DNA from: a bacterium
GTDB lineage: Bacteria > SZUA-182 > DTGQ01 > JAFGSM01
Assembly: GCA_049472335.1 (NCBI GenBank)
Contig: JBLIRO010000014.1
Coordinates: 1 to 64,000, forward strand
Direction: 5' to 3'
Length of the DNA stretch: 64,000 bases
The notes under the pieces: model-generated
Seen by the model: the letters and a program-made list of their open reading frames with translations, nothing else
Told to the model about the DNA's origin: nothing
Database searches by the model: none
In this document: piece after piece, positions 21,447-31,933 of the stretch
Position numbering within the stretch: the first letter of the stretch is position 1
Layout: each line of letters begins with the position of its first letter
Program-made: the position numbers and the translations under genes

Positions 21447-22676
21447 ATGAATGAAGAAACATCAATAAAAGCGGATCATGTTTCGAAAAAATATTGCAAA
21501 TCTTTAAAACGCTCCATGTTTTACGGGATAAGAGATATCGCGAGAAATATTCTCGGGCTAAGCTCACGATCTGAAATCCTTAAAAAAAACGAATTCTGGG
21601 CGGTGGATGATGTTTCTTTTGAAATTAAAAAAGGTGAAACACTAGGAATAATTGGTCCGAATGGTTCCGGAAAAACCACCCTTCTAAAGATGCTGAATGG
21701 TATCTTTTGGCCTGACAGGGGAAAGATTATGATCAAAGGCAGAGTGGGCGCCCTTATTGAAGTAGGAGCAGGTTTTCATCCTTTACTGACAGGCCGGGAA
21801 AATATCTATATCAATGCAGCCATATTAGGGATGACAAAACGGGAGGTAAATAAAAGGCTCGACGAAATAGTTGAATTTGCCGATATAACTGATTTCATAA
21901 ATGTACCGGTCAAACATTATTCCAGCGGTATGTTTGTCCGGCTGGGATTTGCCGTTGCGGTTCATTGTAATCCAGATATTTTGCTTGTGGATGAAGTCCT
22001 GGCCGTCGGTGATCTTAATTTCCAAAATAAATGTATGAAAAAAATGGGAGAGATAAGCGATAAGGGGACCACCATAATATTCGTCTCTCACAATATTCCT
22101 GCCGTTCAAAGAATATGTCAAAAATGTCTGTTTTTAAAAAAAGGCAAACTAATTATCAACTCATTTACCAATAAGGTAGTAAGTGAATACTATAAATGGG
22201 TTTCAACCACGACTGATAAGCCCGGCAAAGAGATGGTTCAAAAATGCGGGAAACAGAATGAGCTCTCGTATTTTGTTATTTGTAATGCCGATGGTAAACC
22301 CCAAAAAACGTTTGAGACGGGTGAAAAAATACTTATAAAATTCGGCTTTTTGCTGGAAGATCGGATATATAATCCGATATTGCACATTTCCCTGATCGGA
22401 GACACATACCATGGATACAATACAAGGGATGACAATATAGAAATAGATGTATTGGATAGCTTGACGGAGATATTATTAGAAGTTGATTTTTTAGGTCTAT
22501 CAAGCGGAGTTTATCAAATATGCATAGGTCTGTGGGATAATAACTACATATATCCCTATTACTGGAACTGGGATGTAGAAAAAATTGAATTGTCTTCTTC
22601 CAAACCACCCATGGGACGCTTTATTTTCAAACATTCCTGGAAAATCCAAAATAAAAAGACCAAAATATATAAATGA
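21447..22676 (+). CDS. wzt: ABC polysaccharide exporter ATPase with C-terminal Wzt_C domain
   Basis: GPNGSGKT, YSSGMFVRLGFA, DEVLAVGD plus a C-terminal beta domain. Confidence 0.92.
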   Translation: MNEETSIKADHVSKKYCKSLKRSMFYGIRDIARNILGLSSRSEILKKNEFWAVDDVSFEIKKGETLGIIGPNGSGKTTLLKMLNGIFWPDRGKIMIKGRVGALIEVGAGFHPLLTGRENIYINAAILGMTKREVNKRLDEIVEFADITDFINVPVKHYSSGMFVRLGFAVAVHCNPDILLVDEVLAVGDLNFQNKCMKKMGEISDKGTTIIFVSHNIPAVQRICQKCLFLKKGKLIINSFTNKVVSEYYKWVSTTTDKPGKEMVQKCGKQNELSYFVICNADGKPQKTFETGEKILIKFGFLLEDRIYNPILHISLIGDTYHGYNTRDDNIEIDVLDSLTEILLEVDFLGLSSGVYQICIGLWDNNYIYPYYWNWDVEKIELSSSKPPMGRFIFKHSWKIQNKKTKIYK

Positions 22677-22727
22677 AATGTCTGAGCTAGATCCAGAAAG
22701 GCAACTCAAAATCATGTTTTTAGGAAA

Positions 22728-23729
22728 ATGAATATTTTAAGGGGAATCCATTTCGGAAGTTACTGGATGGGAGCAAACGATATCGTCTATCTGATGTCCC
22801 TTGACTTAAAGGAGTTATGTGATTTAGTAATCGTAGATACCGGAATTTATTCCGGAAATAATGAAAATTGGTATACTGAAGATTTTTCCCATAGCTCTGA
22901 AATACCCATCAGATGGCTTAATGAAGAGAAGGTTTTGATGTTAGTGGAAAAAGAACAGCCTGACTTTATAATGGTTAATTCAGGAGGGATGTCATTAACC
23001 TTAAAATGTATTGATTTTTTAAAGAGCAGAAATATAGTTACCATTGGTATTTCCCTTTCAGATCCGGATGTCTTTATTGGAAACGGAAGGATATATTCTG
23101 AATACTATGACTTGTTTTATACTAATTCGCTTTATGCTTTACAAAATCTATATTCAAAAAAAAACAATATCGGGCTTCTGCCTTTTGCAGCTTGCACAAA
23201 GGTGCATCATCCCTTAGAAGATATTGAAAAGCTATATGAAGTTGTAATTATCGGACATGCGCGGCCTGAAAGGATAAAAACAGTAAAACGATTAAAAAAA
23301 CATTTTAATATCGGTTTATTTGGTAATGACTGGGGAGATAAGAATAAAAGCGTGTATGCCGATGATCATGTTAGAGCATTGAATTCAGGAAAAATATATC
23401 TCTCATTTTCAAAAACATTGGCAGGCCATACCAATGTAAAGGTTGGAATATTCGAGGCCATTGCCTGTAAAAATTGCGTTGTCACCCAATTTTTCGATGA
23501 AATGGAGCATTACTTCAAATACGGCATTGATATCCTCGGATACGTTAATGAGAACATGTTGATTGATTTGATTGATAGTTATCTGAAAAACGAAAGAATA
23601 AGAAATTGGATAGCCAATAATGCATATACAAGACTTATTCATGAACATACATGGACAAAAAGATTTGAGAGTGTCCTAAACGATATCTATAATTATAAAA
23701 AGATACAGAGGACTGGATGCTTAACCTGA
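22728..23729 (+). CDS. CgeB-like glycosyltransferase (Glyco_trans_1_2)
   Basis: LPFAA, IFEAIAC, IANNAY..HEHTW..R. Confidence 0.8.
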   Translation: MNILRGIHFGSYWMGANDIVYLMSLDLKELCDLVIVDTGIYSGNNENWYTEDFSHSSEIPIRWLNEEKVLMLVEKEQPDFIMVNSGGMSLTLKCIDFLKSRNIVTIGISLSDPDVFIGNGRIYSEYYDLFYTNSLYALQNLYSKKNNIGLLPFAACTKVHHPLEDIEKLYEVVIIGHARPERIKTVKRLKKHFNIGLFGNDWGDKNKSVYADDHVRALNSGKIYLSFSKTLAGHTNVKVGIFEAIACKNCVVTQFFDEMEHYFKYGIDILGYVNENMLIDLIDSYLKNERIRNWIANNAYTRLIHEHTWTKRFESVLNDIYNYKKIQRTGCLT

Positions 23730-23748
23730 TGAAATTATAATTTAATTT

Positions 23749-24774
23749 ATGACTGCTGGAAACAAAATGAAATTGGGGGTAATTGGATGGTATGGCCATT
23801 CTAATTTTGGCGACGAAAGGATGTTATATTGCATTAAGAATGTCTTTCCCGAACATGATTTTTTAGCTGCAAATAACTGGAATGATGCCAGAGATAAGCT
23901 AAACGAACTAAATAAATGCGATTATATCCTGATAGGAGGAGGCGGATTAATATTAAGAAACATTTTTAATCAGGTGGACTTTTTTCAATCCTTAAAAAGG
24001 CCTTTTGCCCTTATCGGGGTCAGCATAGAAGCAAATCACAATAATATGAATTCATTTTTTCAAATAATCAAGGAAAAAGCAGAATTTATTTTGGTGAGAG
24101 ACAAACAAAGTAAAAAATATTTAGGCAATCATTACAAGGTAATTGTCGGGCCTGATTTGACATTTTTATGTCCCTTCAATATCGTTGATGTAAAAAAAGA
24201 CGATATCTGTGGATTAAACTTGAGGTATTGGTTTTACTGGAAGGCCCAGCTTCATGGAAGTTATCACAATTTAATGATAAAAATGAACAATATTTATTCA
24301 GTTTTAAAAAATATCTATCCACTAAAGAAATGGGAACCGGATAAAGCAGTAGAAATTATTAAGAGGAACTTTAAATATATATTACCGATTACGTTTTATT
24401 CAGAAAAAAATGCCATAAATGATTATGTTATCTTATCAGGATATTTTAAAAATGTCGCTCCATTTTTTGATACCAGTCTATATGATAAAATAAGATATTT
24501 AGTGGGAATGAGATATCACTCTATTGTCTTTGCTGTTCAGTGTGGCATTCCTTTCATTTCATTATCTTATCAGCCTAAGAGTATGAAATTTTGTTCTGAC
24601 ATTGATTTAAAAATGCTTTCTGTGGATATTTTCAATCTAAATGAATTAGACGATAAAATAAATTATATTAAAGAGAACTATCAACATATTCGAAATCATA
24701 TCATATCATATAGGGAAAAGGCCGTTAAAGAGATAAAATATATTTTTAGTTCAATATCCGCCTTAATTAAATAG
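23749..24774 (+). CDS. Polysaccharide pyruvyl transferase family protein
   Basis: GWYGHSNFGDE, IGGGG, VRDKQS, PDL, GMRYHS, LSYQPK. Confidence 0.88.
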   Translation: MTAGNKMKLGVIGWYGHSNFGDERMLYCIKNVFPEHDFLAANNWNDARDKLNELNKCDYILIGGGGLILRNIFNQVDFFQSLKRPFALIGVSIEANHNNMNSFFQIIKEKAEFILVRDKQSKKYLGNHYKVIVGPDLTFLCPFNIVDVKKDDICGLNLRYWFYWKAQLHGSYHNLMIKMNNIYSVLKNIYPLKKWEPDKAVEIIKRNFKYILPITFYSEKNAINDYVILSGYFKNVAPFFDTSLYDKIRYLVGMRYHSIVFAVQCGIPFISLSYQPKSMKFCSDIDLKMLSVDIFNLNELDDKINYIKENYQHIRNHIISYREKAVKEIKYIFSSISALIK

Positions 24775-24823
24775 GCTTTTTTAAGATCAATCATTGGTGA
24801 CAGTTTAGTAAAAGCTATTAACA

Positions 24824-25708
24824 ATGAATAAAACTTTGCCAAAAGTCAGTATTATTTTACCTACTTACAATGGAGCTGATTATATCCATGAGTCTATAGG
24901 TAGCTGTCTCAATCAAACATATAAAAACCTGGAGCTGATCATCGTTGATGATGGTTCTACAGACGGTACAGATAAAATTGTGAATGATTATAAAGATAAT
25001 CGTATTAATGTTATTAAAAACAAAAATAACAAAGGATTACCAAATGCATTAAACATTGGTTTTTCTCAAGCCAGTGGCGATTTTTTAACATGGACCTCTG
25101 ATGATAATATGTATGACAAAGAAGCTATAGAAAAAATGCTTCATTTTTTGATAGAAAAAAAATGTTCCTTTGTTTACTGTAATTATTATAAATTTACAGA
25201 TCCTGAAAGTAGATCTATAGTTAATTTGCCGGAAAAGGTTTGTCTTGAAACAGGAAATATGATAGGACCATGTTTTATGTATTCCAGAAAAGTAATGGAA
25301 TCTATCGGGGAATATGATCCTGTTACTGAGTTAGCTGAAGATTACGATTTTTGGATTCGGGTAGCCAAAGTCTTCTCTATGGAGCATATTAGCGAACCTT
25401 TATATTTTTTTAGGGTCCATGGTGAATCACTCTCTAAATCAAAATATTATGAAGTACTGACTGTTGGTTTCCTGGTAATGCTCAAAAATAATATTTCCAG
25501 CATTGATCATGTGACGGACTTGTTTCTGGATCTTATTCGGCAAAAAAAAGAGGGCTTGATTAGACCTTTTATTCTGATCAAAATATTATACACAAGTAAG
25601 ATCAAAAGAATACTGAGAGAATATGAATCAGGCATACTAAATTTTAATATGGCTAAATTGGATCTTTATAATATTGTTTTCTCAAAAATCCCTCACACTC
25701 GTTACTGA
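24824..25708 (+). CDS. Glycosyltransferase family 2
   Basis: VSIILPTYNG, IIVDDGSTD, SDDN, AEDYDFW. Confidence 0.93.
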   Translation: MNKTLPKVSIILPTYNGADYIHESIGSCLNQTYKNLELIIVDDGSTDGTDKIVNDYKDNRINVIKNKNNKGLPNALNIGFSQASGDFLTWTSDDNMYDKEAIEKMLHFLIEKKCSFVYCNYYKFTDPESRSIVNLPEKVCLETGNMIGPCFMYSRKVMESIGEYDPVTELAEDYDFWIRVAKVFSMEHISEPLYFFRVHGESLSKSKYYEVLTVGFLVMLKNNISSIDHVTDLFLDLIRQKKEGLIRPFILIKILYTSKIKRILREYESGILNFNMAKLDLYNIVFSKIPHTRY

Positions 25709-25732
25709 AGTATCAGTAGTGAATAAAATGAA

Positions 25733-25803
25733 AATCGGTCTTTCCCTCTATCGACAATCAACAGGATGGCTCCTGAGTATGTGGATAGAGGGATTGACCG
25801 ATT
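25733..25803. terminator. Long imperfect hairpin between convergent genes
   Basis: Nested stems AATCGGTC/GACCGATT, CCCTCTATC/GATAGAGGG and CAGGA/TCCTG. Confidence 0.5.
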
Positions 25804-25819
25804 GATCATTACTCAAATG

Positions 25820-28474
25820 TTATGGAGCACCCTGAACCGTTAGTACGCATTGGGTTATGACATTTCTCAATAATATCCAATATCCCGTGCCGGGTATCAG
25901 AAACTCGTAATCATAAACCCTCTGATATCCCACCCCGGGGAGATATTTATAGATAACGATAATATCGCAGCTATCCGTAGTAGCCTTAGCATCAAATGTG
26001 CAGCCACCTATCATCTCCCATCCGGAAGTATTTACCGTAGAGGTGTGTTGAAAAATGGCTTTACCTGTGACTGTATAGGTTTTTTCCTCATAAAAAAGTA
26101 TCCAGTATCCCTTTCCGGCCTCCAGCTTATTTACCCGTACATATCCGGAAGCCTTATCATACCCGTAAGCCACAACTGCGTCAGGGAAAAGATCTGAGAC
26201 CAAAGCGCTCCTTGGTTTTACCGGAAGCGAGATCATGCTCCAGCCAACAGGCATGTGCATTTCAACGGAGATTTCCCTGGACCAGATAAATATGTAATTG
26301 GCAAACCATATTCCTTGGGAAGCTACATACAAAAATTCGCTTTCTTTTGTCTGATATTGATTGATATTGTGCATATCCCAGACAAGCAATGTTCGATTAC
26401 CGGCGTCATCTTCATGCCACAAACTTAGTCGAGGCATATTCGGGTCCGGATCCGGAGGACATAAATTAGCAGGATTCCAAGATATTACAGGATAAAAACC
26501 CTCCTTTTCCGGATCGGCCTCATCACCTATCTGAAGGATCATCATCCATTCCTCATATTTGGATGCACCCGCTTCTCTATAATCCTCCAGCAATGAACCG
26601 TCTAAAGCTGAATAAACGGTATATTCAGGAGGTGGCCCGGGAGAGGGAAATGTCAACGCCTCGGTGTCAAAACCAATAAAAACCCTGCTGACATTCGCTG
26701 CAGTTGGATTAGGTTGCCCTGTGCTTGTAATCGGGGCTTTAAATATACATGGCGGCGATTCAATTATTGTCCAATATCCCTGAACCGTTGCCCTCTGAGA
26801 AAAATCGGCAGGATTGTTGAAGCACTCAAAATCAGTGCAATCAAACATCAAGCCCACATGTAACCACTCACAATATTTCAAGGGACGTTCAGGCTGAACC
26901 CATTTTACTTCAGTACCACCCGGAATTGGACGGACAACTAAAGGATTAACAGAATTTGCGCCCCAGGGCTCGTTTGTTCCCTTTACATAGCCTATCGCCC
27001 ATAACACATCCTTGCATTTGAAATACAGATTATGGAAATCCAGCTCAAAGTTAGTAACCTCATAGTTAGTATTATTATGGATGTCAAAATTGACTAAAAT
27101 CCTAATGATCTTTGGGATGGATGCTTGAGGATCCAAAATAGCCTCGTTGATGAAGTGGCCAACAACGTTCCCTGATTCCAGCATAACCTCATAGGCAACA
27201 AAGACTGCTCCTGCATTGTCGGTTTCAGCTCGAGGGATTGTAAGCAACAGGTCTTGATCTTCCGTAACCATGATCGGTTCCTTATCAGTTTCGGGTTGTC
27301 TCCAGTCAAGATCAAGTGCCGGCCTAGAGGTATCAGAATCCCAAACGAGATCTTCCAAAGGAATGAAATTCCCACGCCCAGGCATAACAGCAAATTGTCT
27401 TTGAACAAATATGTTTCCTTCTCCTGGTGGCTGACCGGGCAGAATCGGATTGAGCCATGTCGGAGAAATCCGTATGCGGTCGATTATGTTTCCGTTTTCA
27501 TCGATTCCCCAGAACTGCCAGGGAAGTGGCACCTGGGCAACCTTCTTTTGGCATTCCCGAATAATAGTCCAGTATCCCTGAACCGTTGCCTTTAAAACCG
27601 GGTCATCAGGATTATTGAAACAGTCAAAATTTACACATTTGATTACTAAGCCGATATGCAACCACTCGCAATATTTTAAAGGCCTGTTATGCTGAATCCA
27701 TTTCACTTCGGTGCCGCCCGGTATAGGCCTGACTATAAGAGGACTGCCCGGATTGGCCCCCCATGGCTCTCCGGTTCCGACTACAAAACCCGTTGCATAT
27801 TCAACATCATTATAACCAAAATTCATACCCAGGAAATCAAGCTCAAAATTTGTAGGGTTGTAATCCGTCTTATTATGTATGTCGAAATTTACCAATATCT
27901 TAACTATCTTAGGAGGAAATACATTGGCTTCTACAATAGCCTGGTTTAAAAAATGCGCGACAACCTCATTGTCTATCAGGACCTCATAGGCAACGAGCAC
28001 GCCTATTTGATCAAAGTCCTGAGAAGCTATTATCTCTTCAGTTGGGATTGTAAGCACTAAATCTTCACCGATTTTGACTTCCACAGGCGCATTATCAGGC
28101 ATTCTCCATGTTCTCTGATCTCCCGGCATTGGTTGGACAACTGGGGGATTATCGCCATCAAAATTCCAGACAAGTCCATCCAAAGGAAGAGGGGTTGGAG
28201 TGATTGTAAATTGTCTACGCACGAATACAGGGCCTTCTCCAACAGGTGGCACAGTCAGCCATGTCGGTGATATTCGTATCCTGTCTATGATGTTGCCAGA
28301 TTCATCAATACCCCAGAACTGCCAGGGAATCGGCACCTGAGCTACCTTTTGCTGGCAATAATACGATGCGTCAGTACAGTATGGAAAACCATATTGTTGA
28401 GAAAAGGCAGGAAGACATATTATGAACGAAAGAAAAAAGATCATTGCCAATGATAAATATAATCGCTTTTTCAT
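25820..28474 (-). CDS. Secreted protein with two ~265-aa tandem repeat domains and a C-terminal GW..GYW domain
   Basis: Signal peptide (MKKRLYLS...AFS); internal duplication CQxKVAQVPxPWQFWGIDE...ATVQGYWTII; C-terminus shared with 51756..52841. Confidence 0.85.
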   Translation of the reverse strand: MKKRLYLSLAMIFFLSFIICLPAFSQQYGFPYCTDASYYCQQKVAQVPIPWQFWGIDESGNIIDRIRISPTWLTVPPVGEGPVFVRRQFTITPTPLPLDGLVWNFDGDNPPVVQPMPGDQRTWRMPDNAPVEVKIGEDLVLTIPTEEIIASQDFDQIGVLVAYEVLIDNEVVAHFLNQAIVEANVFPPKIVKILVNFDIHNKTDYNPTNFELDFLGMNFGYNDVEYATGFVVGTGEPWGANPGSPLIVRPIPGGTEVKWIQHNRPLKYCEWLHIGLVIKCVNFDCFNNPDDPVLKATVQGYWTIIRECQKKVAQVPLPWQFWGIDENGNIIDRIRISPTWLNPILPGQPPGEGNIFVQRQFAVMPGRGNFIPLEDLVWDSDTSRPALDLDWRQPETDKEPIMVTEDQDLLLTIPRAETDNAGAVFVAYEVMLESGNVVGHFINEAILDPQASIPKIIRILVNFDIHNNTNYEVTNFELDFHNLYFKCKDVLWAIGYVKGTNEPWGANSVNPLVVRPIPGGTEVKWVQPERPLKYCEWLHVGLMFDCTDFECFNNPADFSQRATVQGYWTIIESPPCIFKAPITSTGQPNPTAANVSRVFIGFDTEALTFPSPGPPPEYTVYSALDGSLLEDYREAGASKYEEWMMILQIGDEADPEKEGFYPVISWNPANLCPPDPDPNMPRLSLWHEDDAGNRTLLVWDMHNINQYQTKESEFLYVASQGIWFANYIFIWSREISVEMHMPVGWSMISLPVKPRSALVSDLFPDAVVAYGYDKASGYVRVNKLEAGKGYWILFYEEKTYTVTGKAIFQHTSTVNTSGWEMIGGCTFDAKATTDSCDIIVIYKYLPGVGYQRVYDYEFLIPGTGYWILLRNVITQCVLTVQGAP

Positions 28475-29161
28475 CTTACTTCCCCTTTTTTTTATTATTT
28501 TGCTGATTAATAATTCTTAAAGCACTTTAATATATATTTATTTTTCGAGAGATCAGCAAATTGTTCCTTTTAAATTACTTATGCTCCGACTTTTGAACTC
28601 ATAAAATCATAATGCCTCCCCTCTTCTGAAAATAATTATAATTTAACGTCATTAAAACCATTGCCGGATCTGAGCCGAGTTTGGTAAGAATCCTTTTTAA
28701 GATATAAATGCAGTGAAACGCCTCCGACATTTTCTGTTAACATTTTTGAAGAGCATGAAGAAAATAAATCGATTGATTTTAAAACTTTATTTTTCAGATT
28801 AGAGTCAACAAGCGATTCTTTTAAGGCGGTCAGCGACTTTTTCCCAATGGCGTCTCAACCAATCGATATTTAATCTCTTATTAATTAATAAAAATTAAAA
28901 ATAATAACTAATTATAGTCTAATTAAAAATTTACATATTGTCAATGTTTGTCAAGATACATGTTTATCAAGATACATGAAATAATTATTGTGAAAAGGCT
29001 CAAAAGATAACACATGTTACCCAACCATATAATCAAGCTATTATTGTTTTATTATCAGCAAGTTATAGACCTTATTCTTGGGTTTGATAAGCTTTAACTG
29101 TATAATTTAATTATAAATATTTACATGTTTTTATTTTATTTGAAGGTAGCAGGAGCAGGAG

Positions 29162-31933
29162 ATGAAGAACTTTGGATTTATAACTTTTATTGCAATTTCT
29201 ATCTTTCTTATAATTTTTACCACCTATAGCCCTGTAAGAGGAGAAAAAGAGAAGGAAAAATACTATATAGATTATAATGAACCAGATCAGGGGGTATATG
29301 GTAGTGGAAATTCTTTAAAGGCACTTCTGGATACAATCGACCTGCCTCAAGAATCAGTTATTATCTTTTCGCATCACCCGGCAAATGGAGAAAAAACAAT
29401 TTATACCTTTAGTACGAATATAACTGTTCCTCCTAATATAATTTTGGAATTTCAAAAAGACGCCTTAATAAATATCGATGCAAATGTGACCATTAATATC
29501 AATTCACCTGAGAACATATATGCCCTTCCAAAACAGGATATCGTGACAGGTAAAGGCAAAATTTTTTTTATTAAAGCAGGAATCATCCATCCGGGATGGT
29601 GGGGAACACCTTTGGATGGTGATACAGACAGTTCGTCTTATTGGACTTTAATCATCGACGCCATACAGCCCGAAAGTACCATAGAATTATTGCCGAATGC
29701 CGGCTATTATATAAATACATCAGGAGGAGTAACATTTTCAAAAAAGGTTTATATTAATGGTCATGGGGCCAGATTTATTTGCGGTCCTTCGGTTGAAAAT
29801 AATCCTGCCATTACTTTTATTGCTCCGGAAAACATTATTGAAGATTTCGAGGTTGATTGTTCATCAAACCATTTTGATATCACGGGTGATAATAATTTTC
29901 AGGATTCTGATGATAATTTTGCCAATAATCTTCGCAGTGCGGTTGAAATCAGGGGGAATAATACAATATGCCGTTATCTGGATATTAAAACTGCCGTTGT
30001 CGGTATTTGTTATAAAGGTGTAACGGGAGGTGTAATCCATAATTGTTATATTACAAATTTCAAAATCAAATCCAATACTTCCACTGCAAATAATTATCAT
30101 GCAGGCATCAGGATCGATGATTCCAGAGATATTACAATATATGAAAATTATATTGATGGATATGGTCAGAACATCATTATCGGCGGCTCACACAGAATAG
30201 AAAAAATTAAAATCCATTCAAACAGATTAATGAATGCCAGCAATAATGGTATTTACATCAGCTCAGGCATTGAAATGGAAATATGGAACAATGATGTAAT
30301 GTCTTTTGATTGCTCAGGGATAAAGGTGAGAAACAGCTATCATAATATACATCATAACAGGATTTATTGTGATGTTACGACAGGATCCATATCCGGTATA
30401 AATATTACCGGGAATGGTTATGATGATGGTGATGGTTTTAACGGCAGAGACACAATTGTAAATGCCAACATCATTACCGGCAGCGCAAGTGCCGGGATTA
30501 TGAGCGGGATTCATGATAACCTGAATCTTAAAAATCCTCATATTATCAATAATGTAATTAACTTTGATCCGGCGTCTGTCAAACCGGCTTATGGAATATT
30601 TTTAAAAGGTTTATCCAACGGCTCTATTATATCAGGGAATATGGCAGTTGGAGGGCATTCTTTCGGTCTTTTAATGAACGGGGGCTCCGGTCATTTTCAC
30701 GACAATTCATTCATTACTGACAATTGTTTTATTGGTGGGACAAATGATGCCTTTGCGCTTGTAAATCTCAGAAATTCATTTATTATTAATAACCAGGGAA
30801 AGAAGTGCGGATACAATAGAAGCGGATTAATGCTTTACAATTCCGTTTTCAATAAATGTTCTAACAATGATTTCGGAGACGACCAGGAACAACCAACTCA
30901 AAAATATGGAATAGAAGAACAGGGATCATCAGATTATAATGAATATCTCAACAATTGTGTTACAGGAGTACAAAAAGCCGGATACTTCGGACTCGGTGTT
31001 CATTCCATAATAATAGACATGAATGATCATTATACGATACCTCATGTTGATAAAGTCTATTGCAATCCTTTTCCTGGTCAGGGAATACTGCCGAATTCTA
31101 TCAGGGTTCCTGTAGATTCTTCCATTCTTATAAGGCTCAAAGATGATAAAGGTATTGATGAAAACAGCATAATTATGACTGTGAACGGATTGAAGGTTGA
31201 TCCCCTCTTTAAGCAGATTTATCAACACAACAGAGATTATTGGATTATCCACCATCCGGCAAGGGATTTTGATTTTGAACAAATAGTGAATGTAACGATA
31301 AAAGCCTCCAACGTTTTTGAATCTATTATGAATACTTATGAATATAGTTTCAGGGTTGAATCACAGGCAGAATATATATTTGAGCTGGAAAATACCCCTT
31401 CTTTTATATTGGATGAATCGGATCAGATTAAACATAAAATTATTGCAGATTCCGGATCAGAAATAGAGGGGGCAAAAATTATCTATGATCCATGCGAACC
31501 GTTAAAACCACGCTTTGGCTCTTTCATTGAACTGCCAGACATGTATGAAGTTAATGCCGTTGCCGTGGGGCGCCCGCTTTCTCTGGAGCCTCGAACGGTT
31601 TTTAACAATCCTGTAACTATCTTTGTTCCATGTCCTGGAATAAGTGATTTGTCAAATGTGAAGATATATTTTTACAATCCTGTCATTGGCTGGGTGCCTG
31701 CTTCACAGGTTGACGGATTGATGCTAAATGATACGATATTAAATAATCCTGAGACAAATCCACCCACCATCGCTATACGGATTAATTATTCCGGCGTTTT
31801 TCAGGCAGGGATTCCATTGAATTCAAAAGAGCTTTCAAAAATCCAAAATTACGATTCCATTGATGGTAATGAAAGTGAAATCGCTTCAAATAAGAGGGCA
31901 GGCGGCTGTTTTTTTAAAATATTTGATCGATAA
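29162..31933 (+). CDS. Secreted right-handed beta-helix (pectin lyase-like) protein with Ig-like and C-terminal GGCF modules
   Basis: Signal peptide; Asn/Ile/Gly-rich PbH1-like repeats (GIYIS, IWNN, IHHNRI); ends ...RAGGCFFKIFDR. Confidence 0.75.
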   Translation: MKNFGFITFIAISIFLIIFTTYSPVRGEKEKEKYYIDYNEPDQGVYGSGNSLKALLDTIDLPQESVIIFSHHPANGEKTIYTFSTNITVPPNIILEFQKDALINIDANVTININSPENIYALPKQDIVTGKGKIFFIKAGIIHPGWWGTPLDGDTDSSSYWTLIIDAIQPESTIELLPNAGYYINTSGGVTFSKKVYINGHGARFICGPSVENNPAITFIAPENIIEDFEVDCSSNHFDITGDNNFQDSDDNFANNLRSAVEIRGNNTICRYLDIKTAVVGICYKGVTGGVIHNCYITNFKIKSNTSTANNYHAGIRIDDSRDITIYENYIDGYGQNIIIGGSHRIEKIKIHSNRLMNASNNGIYISSGIEMEIWNNDVMSFDCSGIKVRNSYHNIHHNRIYCDVTTGSISGINITGNGYDDGDGFNGRDTIVNANIITGSASAGIMSGIHDNLNLKNPHIINNVINFDPASVKPAYGIFLKGLSNGSIISGNMAVGGHSFGLLMNGGSGHFHDNSFITDNCFIGGTNDAFALVNLRNSFIINNQGKKCGYNRSGLMLYNSVFNKCSNNDFGDDQEQPTQKYGIEEQGSSDYNEYLNNCVTGVQKAGYFGLGVHSIIIDMNDHYTIPHVDKVYCNPFPGQGILPNSIRVPVDSSILIRLKDDKGIDENSIIMTVNGLKVDPLFKQIYQHNRDYWIIHHPARDFDFEQIVNVTIKASNVFESIMNTYEYSFRVESQAEYIFELENTPSFILDESDQIKHKIIADSGSEIEGAKIIYDPCEPLKPRFGSFIELPDMYEVNAVAVGRPLSLEPRTVFNNPVTIFVPCPGISDLSNVKIYFYNPVIGWVPASQVDGLMLNDTILNNPETNPPTIAIRINYSGVFQAGIPLNSKELSKIQNYDSIDGNESEIASNKRAGGCFFKIFDR

